Shown: positions 27,005 through 36,610, counted from the first letter of the stretch. The stretch is DNA of 64,000 bases from Candidatus Nanoarchaeia archaeon (GCA_028716945.1 JAQUOT010000001.1:283280-347279); one strand, 5' to 3'. Notes: generated by a model from the sequence alone, not told the origin. Program-made: numbers and translations.

Positions 27005-27857
27005 AAAGATTTACAGTGTATCTGCCTTAACTGGAAATGGAAGTTGTAATGGAAATTGTGGTTTTTGTGCTGGAAAATATTTAAGGCCTGATGCAAAAGA
27101 AAATAAACTTTATTATAAAAATTTAGAAGCAGCAATAAAACTTTCAGCTCGTTATGGTGGATGGTCTTTATCCTTAACTTCAAGCGGAGAACCTACTTGT
27201 GATCCAAATGCATTAACAAGAGCTTTAGAAGTTTATGATAAATGCACAAAGCAAGGAGCTTATTTCCCAAATGTAAATTTATTCACAAATGGAATTCTGT
27301 TAGGAGATAAAGAATTCTGTAATCAATACTTAGATACTTGGAAAAATCTTGGATTAAATAATATAGCTGTTTCTATTCATGATGCAGATGAAAAAGAACA
27401 AGCCAAAGTTTATGGATTAAAAAGTTATCCTAATTTAGAAAATATTGTTGAAAATATAGAAGAACATGGGTTAGGAGTAAGAGCTACATTATTACTAAGA
27501 AAAAATGGAGTTGATAATTCAAAAAAATATGAACAAGCAGTTAAAACTCTTATAAAAAAAGGAATTCATAATATTACTTCTTGGCCTGTTGGAAACCCAG
27601 ATAATACTAGGAATGAATATACTCCATCTAGATTAAATATATTTGGAATAAAAAGATGGTTGTATAAAAACGCAAAATTATGCCATGGCCATGTTTGGGG
27701 TGGAGGAGTTTTTGATTATCATGGAAATATTATAAGATATACTAATTATGTTACAAAGCATGATCCTAAAAAAGACTTTGTAAGGCAACTAGTTGTATTT
27801 CAAGACGGAACAGTAGCATATTCATGGATAAAGGAAGGTGCTTTATGTATGAAGTAA
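26991..27857 (+). CDS. radical SAM enzyme, paralog 1 (MoaA/viperin-like core)
   Basis: CNGNCGFC (CX3CX2C) at residues ~20-27, SSGEPT (GGEP-like SAM motif), FTNG, AVSIHD. GGAGGTGA SD lies just upstream of the ATG at 26991. Confidence 0.8.
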   Translation: MACIEKIYSVSALTGNGSCNGNCGFCAGKYLRPDAKENKLYYKNLEAAIKLSARYGGWSLSLTSSGEPTCDPNALTRALEVYDKCTKQGAYFPNVNLFTNGILLGDKEFCNQYLDTWKNLGLNNIAVSIHDADEKEQAKVYGLKSYPNLENIVENIEEHGLGVRATLLLRKNGVDNSKKYEQAVKTLIKKGIHNITSWPVGNPDNTRNEYTPSRLNIFGIKRWLYKNAKLCHGHVWGGGVFDYHGNIIRYTNYVTKHDPKKDFVRQLVVFQDGTVAYSWIKEGALCMK

Positions 27858-28645
27858 AAAGTTTGGGGATATTTGTAGGTCAAGGCAAATGTAATGCTCA
27901 TTGTGCACATTGCGCAGGAGTTGTTCATAGAAAATATGCTCCTAAAAAAGATGGAATCATAGATAAAGAATTAATTTATAAAACTCTTAAATATTGTTAT
28001 AGTAAAGGAGCAAGATCCTTATCGATAACCAGCAGTGGAGAACCAACTTTATCTCCTTTAGCAATTACAAAAGCGTTAAATTTAGTTTATAATTTAAAAA
28101 AAGAAAATATAAATTATACTTGGATAAATCTTTATTCAAATGGAATTAGAATTGGAGAAGATAAAGAATTTTGCAAGAAATATTTATCTTTATGGAAAGA
28201 TTCTGGATTAAAAACTATTTATATAACAGTTCACAATATTAATGAAAAAAAGAATGCTAAATTATATAATATTAAAAAATATCCTCCTCTAGAAAGAATT
28301 GTTTCTAGAATTCATAATGAAAACATATTAACAAGAGCAAATTTAGTTCTTAGCAAAAACAATATAGATACTTCTGAAAAATTTGTCTCTTTTGTTAAAG
28401 ATTTAAGAAAAATTGGTTTTGATCATATTTCTGCATGGTCAATTAGAAATTTAGAAGACAAAGTTGATTTAGAATTATCTCCAAATAAAGAAGAATTAGA
28501 TAAAATGGAATATTGGATAGAAAAAAATAAAGATCCTAAATGTAGAATAAGATTATTGAGAGAAAATAGCAGGATTTTATATGAATCTGGAAAAAAACTA
28601 ACTTTATTTCCCGACGGAAAATTAACAAATTCGTGGTGTAATTAA
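27845..28645 (+). CDS. radical SAM enzyme, paralog 2
   Basis: CNAHCAHC (CX3CX2C), SSGEPT, YSNG, ITVHN. Collinear with paralog 1 to the C-terminus (F.DG....SW). GGAAGGTG SD precedes the ATG at 27845, which overlaps the end of paralog 1. Confidence 0.8.
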   Translation: MYEVKSLGIFVGQGKCNAHCAHCAGVVHRKYAPKKDGIIDKELIYKTLKYCYSKGARSLSITSSGEPTLSPLAITKALNLVYNLKKENINYTWINLYSNGIRIGEDKEFCKKYLSLWKDSGLKTIYITVHNINEKKNAKLYNIKKYPPLERIVSRIHNENILTRANLVLSKNNIDTSEKFVSFVKDLRKIGFDHISAWSIRNLEDKVDLELSPNKEELDKMEYWIEKNKDPKCRIRLLRENSRILYESGKKLTLFPDGKLTNSWCN

Positions 28646-29244
28646 ATTGTAATTATTTTTCCTTTTCTTCCTACGTTAATTACTTTTGTTTTACCAAGTT
28701 TTTCTTCTAAACCCTCTGCTTCATGTACATGGGAACACAATAATAAATCTGGTTTAAAAATATCAACTGCTTTTTTTACTCCTTTACTTCCAGGAAATAT
28801 ATTTGTAAATTTCTCCATAACAGATTCAGAAGGATGAACATGAGTAACCATAATTTTCTTCTTCAAATTTTTAACACCATCATAACCTTTTTTTAAAGTA
28901 TTAAAAATTTCAGATTCAGATAGCTGACTAAGACCAATATTTGCTCCACCACAACCAAACAAACCAACATCTTTACATTTAATAAAATAACCATGTAAAT
29001 TTGTAACATCATATAATTCTGCAAGAAAATCTGCTGTAGCAAAAGTTTCATGATTTCCTGGAATTAAAATAACTTTTAATTTTTTCTTAACAAATGGACC
29101 AATTAAATTCTCTGTAGATCTTTCAGCATAAGTCAAATCTCCGCATAAAACAACTAAATCTACTTTTTCTTTAACTGCTCTCTTAGCTAGCTCTTCAACT
29201 AGTTTAGTATCTCCATGTATGTCGCCTGCTGCAAGAATTTTCAT
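28642..29244 (-). CDS. calcineurin-like metallophosphoesterase (MJ0936/YfcE-type)
   Basis: GDIHGD, CGDLT, GNHE, THVHP and SHVHE motifs in canonical order. Confidence 0.8.
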   Translation of the reverse strand: MKILAAGDIHGDTKLVEELAKRAVKEKVDLVVLCGDLTYAERSTENLIGPFVKKKLKVILIPGNHETFATADFLAELYDVTNLHGYFIKCKDVGLFGCGGANIGLSQLSESEIFNTLKKGYDGVKNLKKKIMVTHVHPSESVMEKFTNIFPGSKGVKKAVDIFKPDLLLCSHVHEAEGLEEKLGKTKVINVGRKGKIITI

Positions 29245-29459
29245 TTTTTCTTTCTCACTATTAATTTAGATCCTTTCCTATATTTAATACCTTCTTTATT
29301 AAAGGCAATAACAGGAAGTATATGAGATAATAATTGTTCTGCAGTCATCTTACGTGAAATGCCATTTGTAATCTGAACCCAGTTTTTCTTATCTTTTTTA
29401 TAAATTTGTTTCCATCCGCTTTTCAAAACAAGAGATATAATACATTCATCATTCTTCAT
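29241..29459 (-). CDS. hypothetical protein
   Basis: 72-aa basic ORF with ATGA overlaps on both sides (serS operon). Confidence 0.4.
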   Translation of the reverse strand: MKNDECIISLVLKSGWKQIYKKDKKNWVQITNGISRKMTAEQLLSHILPVIAFNKEGIKYRKGSKLIVRKKK

Positions 29460-29773
29460 TTTTTCTTTTTCTTGAATTTAAAAGCGTGATCTTCAGAACA
29501 AAATTGATAAACTACATCTTTAATCTCTTCTTCTATAGGTTTGTCATCAGCAGTTAAAATTTTATGGCAAAAAGCACATTTTACACTTTTTATGTCTTCA
29601 TCAAACCCTTCCATTACTCCCTCTTCTACTTCATCAATTTCATCCTCTTCTTCTAAGGATTCGTCTTCTTTCTTATTGTAAACATTATCTTCTTGTTCAG
29701 TATCTTCTGCACTTATGGGTTCTTCTGAATCTTTTAGTATTGGTGTTTTTATTATACTATTTTTCTTTTTCAT
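29456..29773 (-). CDS. acidic protein with C-terminal TRASH/FCS-like zinc finger
   Basis: 105 aa. Long D/E-rich tract, then CAFCHK...x20...FCSEDHAFKF. Confidence 0.45.
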   Translation of the reverse strand: MKKKNSIIKTPILKDSEEPISAEDTEQEDNVYNKKEDESLEEEDEIDEVEEGVMEGFDEDIKSVKCAFCHKILTADDKPIEEEIKDVVYQFCSEDHAFKFKKKKK

Positions 29774-31080
29774 CTTTTTTTCTTCTTTTTCTTAACAATT
29801 TTTTTAATTTCTTTTTTAACAGGAACTATTTTTTTAATTCCCATATATTTTTGTAAAACCTTTGGGATTGTAATAGAACCATCTTTTTCTTGATTATTCT
29901 CTACAATGCAAGCAATCATTCTTTCTGTTGCTATTGCTGTATTATTTAAAGTATAAACAAAATTTCTTACTCCTTTGTCTTCGTATTTAATATTGCTTCT
30001 TCTAGCTTGATAATCTAAACAATTTGAACATGATCCAAGTTCTCTGTAAGCTTTTTGGCTTGGGAACCAACCTTCAAAATCAATTGTTTTTGTAGGAACA
30101 CGGCCTGTATCTCCAGAAGCCAATACAATAAATCTAAAAGGTATTCCAATCTGTTTTAAAAGTTCTTTTGAATTATTTAAAATTAAATCAAACTCTTTCC
30201 AAGCATTTTCTGGTTTACAAAATACAAATTGTTCTATTTTTTCAAATTGATGCACCCTAAATATTCCTTTTGTATCTTTTCCATGTGCTCCTGCTTCTTT
30301 TCTAAAACATGGAGAAAATCCTGCAAATCTCATAGGTAAATCATTTGCATTTATTACTTCATCAAAATTATAAGCATTTAATGCGTGTTCTGCAGTACCA
30401 ATTAAATATAAATCTTCATCGTGAATTTTATAAATTGTTTCTTCAAAAGCAGCCAAAGGCAATGCTCCTTTCAATGAATTTCTATTTAACATATAAGGAG
30501 GTTGCATTAAAATAAATCCTTTTTTGTTTAAATAATCCAAAGCAAAATTAATTATAGCTAAATTTAATTTTACTAAGTCTCTTTTCAAATAATAGAATCT
30601 TGCTCCTGCAACTTTTGCTGCTTTTTCCATATTCAAGCAGTCTAAATTTAATAATAATTCTTCGTGTCCTTTAACAGGAAATTTAAATTTCTTTGGCTTT
30701 CCAAAAACATTAATTACTTTATTTTTAGTTGCATCTCCAACAGGAACACTTTTATCTATAATATTTGGTAAGTTTTCTAGAATTTCTTCTCTTCTAGTTT
30801 CTAGTTTATTTAGCTCTTGTTCCTTTTCTTGGATTAGTAATGGAATTTCTTTGGTCTTTTTAATCAAATCTTCTATGCTCTTGCCTTGTTTCTTTGCTTC
30901 ATTTATTTTTATGCTGGTTTTGTTTCTTTCTGCCCTTAATTCTTCTGTTTCTTGCTTGATTTTTTTCCAGTTAACATCAATTTCTAGAAATTCATCTATT
31001 TGGTTGCTATCCATTCCTCTTTTCTTCAAACTGTCTTTTATTAGAGAAGGATTTTCCCTAATTAGTTTTACATCGAGCAT
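29770..31080 (-). CDS. serS: seryl-tRNA synthetase
   Basis: 436 aa. N-terminal coiled-coil arm (MLDVKLIREN), class II motifs FRKEAGAHGKDTKGIFRVHQF and GDTGRV...LNNTAIATERM. Confidence 0.92.
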   Translation of the reverse strand: MLDVKLIRENPSLIKDSLKKRGMDSNQIDEFLEIDVNWKKIKQETEELRAERNKTSIKINEAKKQGKSIEDLIKKTKEIPLLIQEKEQELNKLETRREEILENLPNIIDKSVPVGDATKNKVINVFGKPKKFKFPVKGHEELLLNLDCLNMEKAAKVAGARFYYLKRDLVKLNLAIINFALDYLNKKGFILMQPPYMLNRNSLKGALPLAAFEETIYKIHDEDLYLIGTAEHALNAYNFDEVINANDLPMRFAGFSPCFRKEAGAHGKDTKGIFRVHQFEKIEQFVFCKPENAWKEFDLILNNSKELLKQIGIPFRFIVLASGDTGRVPTKTIDFEGWFPSQKAYRELGSCSNCLDYQARRSNIKYEDKGVRNFVYTLNNTAIATERMIACIVENNQEKDGSITIPKVLQKYMGIKKIVPVKKEIKKIVKKKKKKR

Positions 31081-31229
31081 GTTTTAATCACAACCTTTAA
31101 AAAGTGGAACTTCCTTTTTAAAGTTTTTGTTACCAATTTTAGATACCCAAACCTTTAAATATTAATTGCAATATACATTTATAAATTATATAAGTTACAA
31201 TATAATCATTAAAATTCGGGGGGAGAAAT

Positions 31230-31505
31230 TTGACCAATAAAAAACGAGAAATATTCGAGGTGTTTTTCAGACGTAAGCCAGCAATGATTTTGATCGCTTT
31301 AAGAAAGGGCGGAAAAAATAGATATGGTTCAGTGTTGGCAAAAGAAGTTGATTGTACCTATTCTCATGCAGTAAAAATTCTGCAAGAAATGGAAAAATCT
31401 AGATTAGTTAATTTTGAAAAACAAGGTAGAATAAAAACTATTAAATTAACAGATAATGGAAATAAAGTTGCAGAATCCATAGAAAAAATAAAAGAAATAT
31501 TATAA
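31230..31505 (+). CDS. winged-helix transcriptional regulator
   Basis: 91 aa. TTG start preceded by a GGGGGAG SD. GSVLAKEVDCTYSHAVKILQEMEKSRLV HTH followed by a wing. Confidence 0.6.
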   Translation: MTNKKREIFEVFFRRKPAMILIALRKGGKNRYGSVLAKEVDCTYSHAVKILQEMEKSRLVNFEKQGRIKTIKLTDNGNKVAESIEKIKEIL

Positions 31506-31580
31506 ATTTATTTCTTAATTTTCTATCTTTTTAACTTTTCTTTAAAATAAATTATTTCTAATCAATTTATAAAATATAGG

Positions 31581-31655
31581 CGGGCCCGGAGAGATTTGAA
31601 CTCTCGACCCCTTGCTTAAGAGGCAAGTACTCTAACCAAGCTGAGCTACGGGCCC
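31581..31655 (-). tRNA. tRNA-Lys (anticodon CUU)
   Basis: Minus strand GGGCCCGTAGCTCAGCTTGGTTAGAGTACTTGCCTCTTAAGCAAGGGGTCGAGAGTTCAAATCTCTCCGGGCCCG folds as a 75-nt cloverleaf: 7-bp acceptor, 5-bp anticodon stem, loop CU-CUU-AA, T-loop TTCAAAT. No intron. CC but not CCA follows. Confidence 0.92.
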
Positions 31656-31677
31656 ATAGTTTAATTCAATTAAAACA

Positions 31678-31692
31678 TTATTTAAACATTTC
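31678..31692 (-). promoter_or_regulatory. BRE/TATA promoter of tRNA-Lys (GAAATGTTTAAATAA)
   Basis: The TATA box ends ~24 nt upstream of the tRNA 5' end. Same consensus as the protein-gene promoters. Confidence 0.55.
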
Positions 31693-31731
31693 CATAAGAA
31701 AGCTTTTATATCTCTTTATTAACTAAAAAAT

Positions 31732-32715
31732 ATGGAAAAAAGAGTGATTTTGCCTGCTGATGAGTTTCCTCATTATGATCAAGCAATAGAATGGTGGTAT
31801 TTTAATGGATTTCTTGAAGGAAAAAGTAAATACGCTTTCATGACTTGTTTATTTAAAGCAAACAAAGATAAAGTTAATTTAAAATTTTTAAAGATTCCAG
31901 TAAAAAACATTTATTTTTCACACTCTTTACTATTTAATTTAACAACAGGAAAAATAGAAAAAGAAGTTCTACCTTTTGTAATAGTTTCTGAAGATAGTTT
32001 CAAAAGAGAAGATTTATTCATAAATTATTTCAGTCCAATAAGAAAAAACTTTTACAATTATGAAATTTCAAGGAATAAAGAACTATTAAGAATAAAAACA
32101 AGTTATTTTGATTTACAAGCAAAATCCAGAAAAGTTCCTTTATTAGAAGGAGGAAAAGGTTTTATTGAACTTGGACCAAAATCTACGTATTATTTTTCTT
32201 ATCCTAATTTACAAGCAGAAGGTTATATTGGAAAAGAATTTGTAAAAGGAAAAATCTGGCATGATAAGCAATGGTCAGAACAAGGGTTTATGAAAGATTC
32301 TTGGTTATGGTTCTCAATTCAATTACCAAACAATACAGAAATAGTATGTTTTGATTACAAAGGAAAGAAAATGGCTTCTATCTTATACCCAAACAATAAA
32401 CAAAAAGAAGCACCAGTAACTTTCAAACCTTTAGGTAAAAAATGGGTAAGTAAAAAAACAAAATTAAAATATCATTTAGAATGGGAAATAAAAATTGATG
32501 ATTTCATAATAAAAACAAAACCTATTTTAAAAGAATGTGAAATGAATTTTGGTTTTCTTAATTATTGGGAAGGACCAATTGAAGTAAATGTAAATGGGGT
32601 AAAAGCACAAGGATTTATGGAATATTTAGCAGAAGGAAAACCTTCAAGATTATTAAACTTAATAGATAAAGAAAAAGGCCTTCTTGAAAAGATTAAATAT
32701 TATAGAACTAACTAA
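31732..32715 (+). CDS. AttH/CrtC-like (hydroxyneurosporene synthase superfamily) protein
   Basis: 327 aa. IEWWYFNGFLEG near the N-terminus, YYFSYPNLQAEGYI, GKIWHDKQWSE and WLWFSIQL are characteristic of the AttH/CrtC lipocalin-like fold. Confidence 0.55.
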   Translation: MEKRVILPADEFPHYDQAIEWWYFNGFLEGKSKYAFMTCLFKANKDKVNLKFLKIPVKNIYFSHSLLFNLTTGKIEKEVLPFVIVSEDSFKREDLFINYFSPIRKNFYNYEISRNKELLRIKTSYFDLQAKSRKVPLLEGGKGFIELGPKSTYYFSYPNLQAEGYIGKEFVKGKIWHDKQWSEQGFMKDSWLWFSIQLPNNTEIVCFDYKGKKMASILYPNNKQKEAPVTFKPLGKKWVSKKTKLKYHLEWEIKIDDFIIKTKPILKECEMNFGFLNYWEGPIEVNVNGVKAQGFMEYLAEGKPSRLLNLIDKEKGLLEKIKYYRTN

Positions 32716-32968
32716 ATAAAGAAAATACTCCTTTCTGTACTATCCAAAAAGCAGCTAACCAAGTTATAATATAAAAATGTCCAAATATAGCTAAGATAAA
32801 AAATATTGCTGCAATAAAATCAATTATACTTGAAAAATCTTTAATAAAAATTATTGATTTTAATATTATATAAATTGGAAAAATTATGGCCCATTTAAAA
32901 GGAATAAATTTTTGTAATACTAATATTATTGCTGACAAAATGTCCAAGATTCCTAAAATCCATATCAT
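32708..32968 (-). CDS. small membrane protein
   Basis: 86 aa with three hydrophobic helices. Confidence 0.4.
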   Translation of the reverse strand: MIWILGILDILSAIILVLQKFIPFKWAIIFPIYIILKSIIFIKDFSSIIDFIAAIFFILAIFGHFYIITWLAAFWIVQKGVFSLFS

Positions 32969-32969
32969 T

Positions 32970-33503
32970 TTACAAATTTTTAACGAATACTAGATTTCCA
33001 TTATCTATTATTTCGATATGTTTTGCAGAACTTGGAACCTTTAAATAGTTTATCTTATAGACATATTCTCCGTTTATAAATTCTAAATTTCCGGGTATTG
33101 CTTGGGCAACTCCATCGATAGATAAATAAGCGCCTGTAGAAACAGTTCTTCCAACAAAAATTGCATTTTCCTGGCCAGAAGATATTGCAAAACCAGTATA
33201 TTGTAAAGATAAAGGTATTAATATTGCTAAGACCAATAAAATTAACATAAAATTCCTAAACCAATTATCATGATTTTCTTCTTCTATTATTTTAGCACAT
33301 TGTCCTTTATAATTATCATAATAATTCATCCAATCTTGAACAGATCTTCCCCTTAGTAAATGGGTTAAAGTATATTCATAAGTTTCTTTATTTATAATTC
33401 CAAGAGTATATTTTATATTTAATTTCTCTAATTCATGAACAAGTCTTTTTTCATGAGTTTCTGCTAAATAAGCCAGTTTTTCTGCTTCACCTGCTTTTAC
33501 CAT
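32970..33503 (-). CDS. hypothetical single-pass membrane protein
   Basis: 177 aa. Helical N-domain, one TM helix, beta-rich C-domain. Confidence 0.45.
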   Translation of the reverse strand: MVKAGEAEKLAYLAETHEKRLVHELEKLNIKYTLGIINKETYEYTLTHLLRGRSVQDWMNYYDNYKGQCAKIIEEENHDNWFRNFMLILLVLAILIPLSLQYTGFAISSGQENAIFVGRTVSTGAYLSIDGVAQAIPGNLEFINGEYVYKINYLKVPSSAKHIEIIDNGNLVFVKNL

Positions 33504-33580
33504 AGTTTTAAATGACTATTTGTATTTATAAATATTTTTATATACAAAACCTTATAAGCTTAGAAAAATTAATAGTAAAA

Positions 33581-35089
33581 ATGATAATAAAAGACCTTAT
33601 TCCTAGAGATTATCAAAAAAACATTCTAGAAACCTGCAAATTAAAGAACACTTTAGTGGTTATGCCTACAGGTATAGGAAAAACCGCAATTGCTATATTA
33701 TTGGCTGAAGCTAGATTAAAAAAATATCCAGATTCTAAAGTAATTATTTGTTCTCCTACAAAACCCCTATGTTCACAGCACGTAAAATCTTTTTTAAAAG
33801 AAACCAATTTAGGAGAAGATGAAGTACAGTGGTATACTGGAGCAACAAAAGGTTCTTCAAGAGGAAGTTTATTTGATGAAGCAAAGATAATTGTAGCAAC
33901 TCCACAAACCATTCAATCAGATATAGAAAATAAAAGAATTTCTATGGAAAATGTTTCTTTGTTATGTATAGATGAAGCTCATAGATCAAGAATGAAATAT
34001 GCTAATACAATTATTGCAAAGAATTATAATGAAAATTCAAAATGTCCAAGAATTTTAGCTTTAACTGCTTCTCCTGGAAGTTCTAAAGAAAAAATAGATG
34101 AAATATGCAATAACCTTTTCATAGAAGATATAGAAATAAGAACAGAATTAGATGATGATGTTTCTCCTTATATGCAAGAAAAAGGAATTGAATACGTTAA
34201 AGTGGATTTACCAAAAGATTTTCTTAATATAAAATATTTAATCAAAGATTATAAAATGGAAAAAATGGAGGAATTAAAAAGCAAATTTTCTATAAATAAA
34301 AACAATTTCAATAAAAGAGACTTGTTAACATTGCAGTTTTCTTTAAGAAAAGCGATTAATCGTGGAAATAAAGGTGCTTTTTGGGGAATTTCTTTAGTTG
34401 CTCAGTTATTAAAAATATGTTATGCACAAGAACTAATTGAAACCCAAGGAATTAAACAATTAAATGATTATTGGACCAAATTAAAATTTGAAGAAACAAA
34501 AGCAGCTAAAAAAATATTAGAAAGTCCTAAAATACAAAAAGCAATGCAATTAAGTTTTAAATTCAAAGAAGATAAACATCCAAAAATGCATAAACTATTA
34601 GAATTAGTTAATCAACAATTAAAAGAGAAACCAGAATCAAGAATTATTGTTTTTGCAAATTATAGAAATACTGTAAATGAAATTTATGATTTATTAAAGA
34701 AAGAAAAACTAAAACCTACTATGTTAATAGGACAAAAAGAAGGGCTTAGTCAAAAAGAACAAGTAAAAACAATAAAAGACTTTTCTGAAGGGGTATATAA
34801 TGTTTTAATTGGAACTTCAATCTCAGAAGAAGGTTTAGACATTGCAACCGCAAATTTAGCAGTATTTTACGAGCCTGTTGCTAGTGAAATAAGAACTATT
34901 CAAAGATCAGGAAGAGTAGGAAGAACTTTCCCCGGAAGGGTTGTATATTTGATTACAAAAGATACTAAAGATGAATCTTCATATTGGAGTTCAAAAAATA
35001 AAGTTAAAAAAATGAATTTTGCTTTACAGAACATAAAAACTAATCTTGCTCAAAAACAAAGAGACCAGTTAAAATTAAATCAATTTTAA
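33581..35089 (+). CDS. hef: Hef-type SF2 helicase (ERCC4-related helicase)
   Basis: PRDYQ, MPTGIGKT (motif I), CIDEAHRS (DEAH), LTASPG, TSISEEGLDI, QRSGRVGR. Start set at the ATG at 33581. Confidence 0.85.
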   Translation: MIIKDLIPRDYQKNILETCKLKNTLVVMPTGIGKTAIAILLAEARLKKYPDSKVIICSPTKPLCSQHVKSFLKETNLGEDEVQWYTGATKGSSRGSLFDEAKIIVATPQTIQSDIENKRISMENVSLLCIDEAHRSRMKYANTIIAKNYNENSKCPRILALTASPGSSKEKIDEICNNLFIEDIEIRTELDDDVSPYMQEKGIEYVKVDLPKDFLNIKYLIKDYKMEKMEELKSKFSINKNNFNKRDLLTLQFSLRKAINRGNKGAFWGISLVAQLLKICYAQELIETQGIKQLNDYWTKLKFEETKAAKKILESPKIQKAMQLSFKFKEDKHPKMHKLLELVNQQLKEKPESRIIVFANYRNTVNEIYDLLKKEKLKPTMLIGQKEGLSQKEQVKTIKDFSEGVYNVLIGTSISEEGLDIATANLAVFYEPVASEIRTIQRSGRVGRTFPGRVVYLITKDTKDESSYWSSKNKVKKMNFALQNIKTNLAQKQRDQLKLNQF

Positions 35090-35090
35090 A

Positions 35091-35714
35091 ATGAAATTTT
35101 TAGCAGATAATAGGGAGAGAAAAGTAATACAAGTTTTACATAAAAGAAAACTAAAATTTGAGGAAAAACAATTAGTTTCTGCGGATTTTATCATAGGAAA
35201 TATTGGTATTGAAAGAAAAACCCAAAATGATTTCTTAAATTCCATAATGAATAAGAGATTAATAGACCAATTAATTTCTTTAAAGGATAATTTTGAAATT
35301 CCTATCTTAATTATAGAAGGAGAAGAAAACTTGTATGAAATGAGAAATTTTCATCCAAATGCAATACGTGGAATGTTGGTTTCTATAGCAATAGTCTATC
35401 AAATTCCAATAATTTATACAAGAAATATTAATGATACTGTTTCTGTTATAGAAGTCTTATTAAATCAGCTAGAAAGAGGAATAAAACCTATAGGATTATT
35501 AAGAAAAAGAAAGCCTTTGACATTGAAAGAGCAACAAGAACTAATTGTAGAGTGTTTTCCGGGAATTGGACCAACAATTGCTAAAAATATTTTAAAAGAA
35601 TTTGGTTCTATAAAATCATTTTTCAATTGCAAAGAAGAAGAATTATTGAAAGTAGAAAAAGTTGGAGATAAAAAAGCACAAGAAATTTTAAAAGTAATCA
35701 ATTCAAGTTATTAA
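35091..35714 (+). CDS. ERCC4/XPF-type nuclease with C-terminal (HhH)2
   Basis: ADNRER...SADFII...GIERKTQNDFLNSI (the ERK nuclease motif), then the HhH segment FPGIGPTIAKNILKEFGS...VGDKKAQEI. Starts 1 nt after the helicase stop. Confidence 0.85.
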   Translation: MKFLADNRERKVIQVLHKRKLKFEEKQLVSADFIIGNIGIERKTQNDFLNSIMNKRLIDQLISLKDNFEIPILIIEGEENLYEMRNFHPNAIRGMLVSIAIVYQIPIIYTRNINDTVSVIEVLLNQLERGIKPIGLLRKRKPLTLKEQQELIVECFPGIGPTIAKNILKEFGSIKSFFNCKEEELLKVEKVGDKKAQEILKVINSSY

Positions 35715-36036
35715 TGTTTTTTATATTTTTAACTTTTAAAAGTATACTTGGGACTTTTGGTAAATATTTAGGTAAATTCTTTTCTGTAAAAAATTTTCTC
35801 CAGTCTCCAAAGATATAAACTTGATTATGTTCTTTTACGTCTTTGATTATTAAATCTCTATCATAATGATATTGAAAATATTGTAAATTATAATCAACTG
35901 CCCTACCTATAGTTTTATAGACCTCATCTAGTTGATTAGTATTTTTTAAACCTTGAATTACTATAAATCTTTTACCTTTTTTGATAGAAGAAATTGCTTT
36001 TTTACTTAATTTGTCTACCAAAACATCTAAAACCAT
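35698..36036 (-). CDS. hypothetical protein
   Basis: 112-aa ORF, convergent with the nuclease gene (17-nt overlap). Confidence 0.4.
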   Translation of the reverse strand: MVLDVLVDKLSKKAISSIKKGKRFIVIQGLKNTNQLDEVYKTIGRAVDYNLQYFQYHYDRDLIIKDVKEHNQVYIFGDWRKFFTEKNLPKYLPKVPSILLKVKNIKNINNLN

Positions 36037-36070
36037 AAAAAGTAATTAAATATTTTAATTATAAGAATTT

Positions 36071-36610
36071 CTATGCTAAATTATAAGTTTCAAGAACATT
36101 ATATTCTGGACCATCTTTAGTCAAAGTACTTTCAAACAAACAAAATTGATTTATTTCAAACTTTAAAGGCTTAATAGTTATGTTTGTTATCGTTTCTTGA
36201 AATTCTTCTTTGTTTTTAACAAATTTTATCCTTCCAAGAGTTATATGTGGATGGAATTTTTCTTCTGGTTTTAGTATATCTCTTAATTCATCATCTATTA
36301 GTTTTTGTATGTCATAAAAAGGATTTTTATTGTCTATTCCTGCCCATAAAACTCTTATATTATCTTTATTTGGAAAAAAATCTAATTGCATTAAAGCAGA
36401 AGGGAATTTTTTAAATTTTATTTTACTTAATCTATCTTTAACTATTTTTAATTTATCTTCGCTTATTTCATCTATGAATTTTAAAGTTACATGCAAGTTC
36501 TTTTTATGTACAAATTTTATTTTAGCAGGTAATTTGCTTATTTCTTTTTCTAAATCAAATATATAATCCCTTACTTCTTGAGGCAGTGTAAGTCCTATGA
36601 AAACTCTCAT
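36071..36610 (-). CDS. thpR: RNA 2',3'-cyclic phosphodiesterase / 2'-5' RNA ligase (LigT/ThpR, 2H family)
   Basis: 179 aa with the two HxT/S motifs (LHVTLKF and HPHITLGR) at 2H-family spacing. Confidence 0.8.
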   Translation of the reverse strand: MRVFIGLTLPQEVRDYIFDLEKEISKLPAKIKFVHKKNLHVTLKFIDEISEDKLKIVKDRLSKIKFKKFPSALMQLDFFPNKDNIRVLWAGIDNKNPFYDIQKLIDDELRDILKPEEKFHPHITLGRIKFVKNKEEFQETITNITIKPLKFEINQFCLFESTLTKDGPEYNVLETYNLA

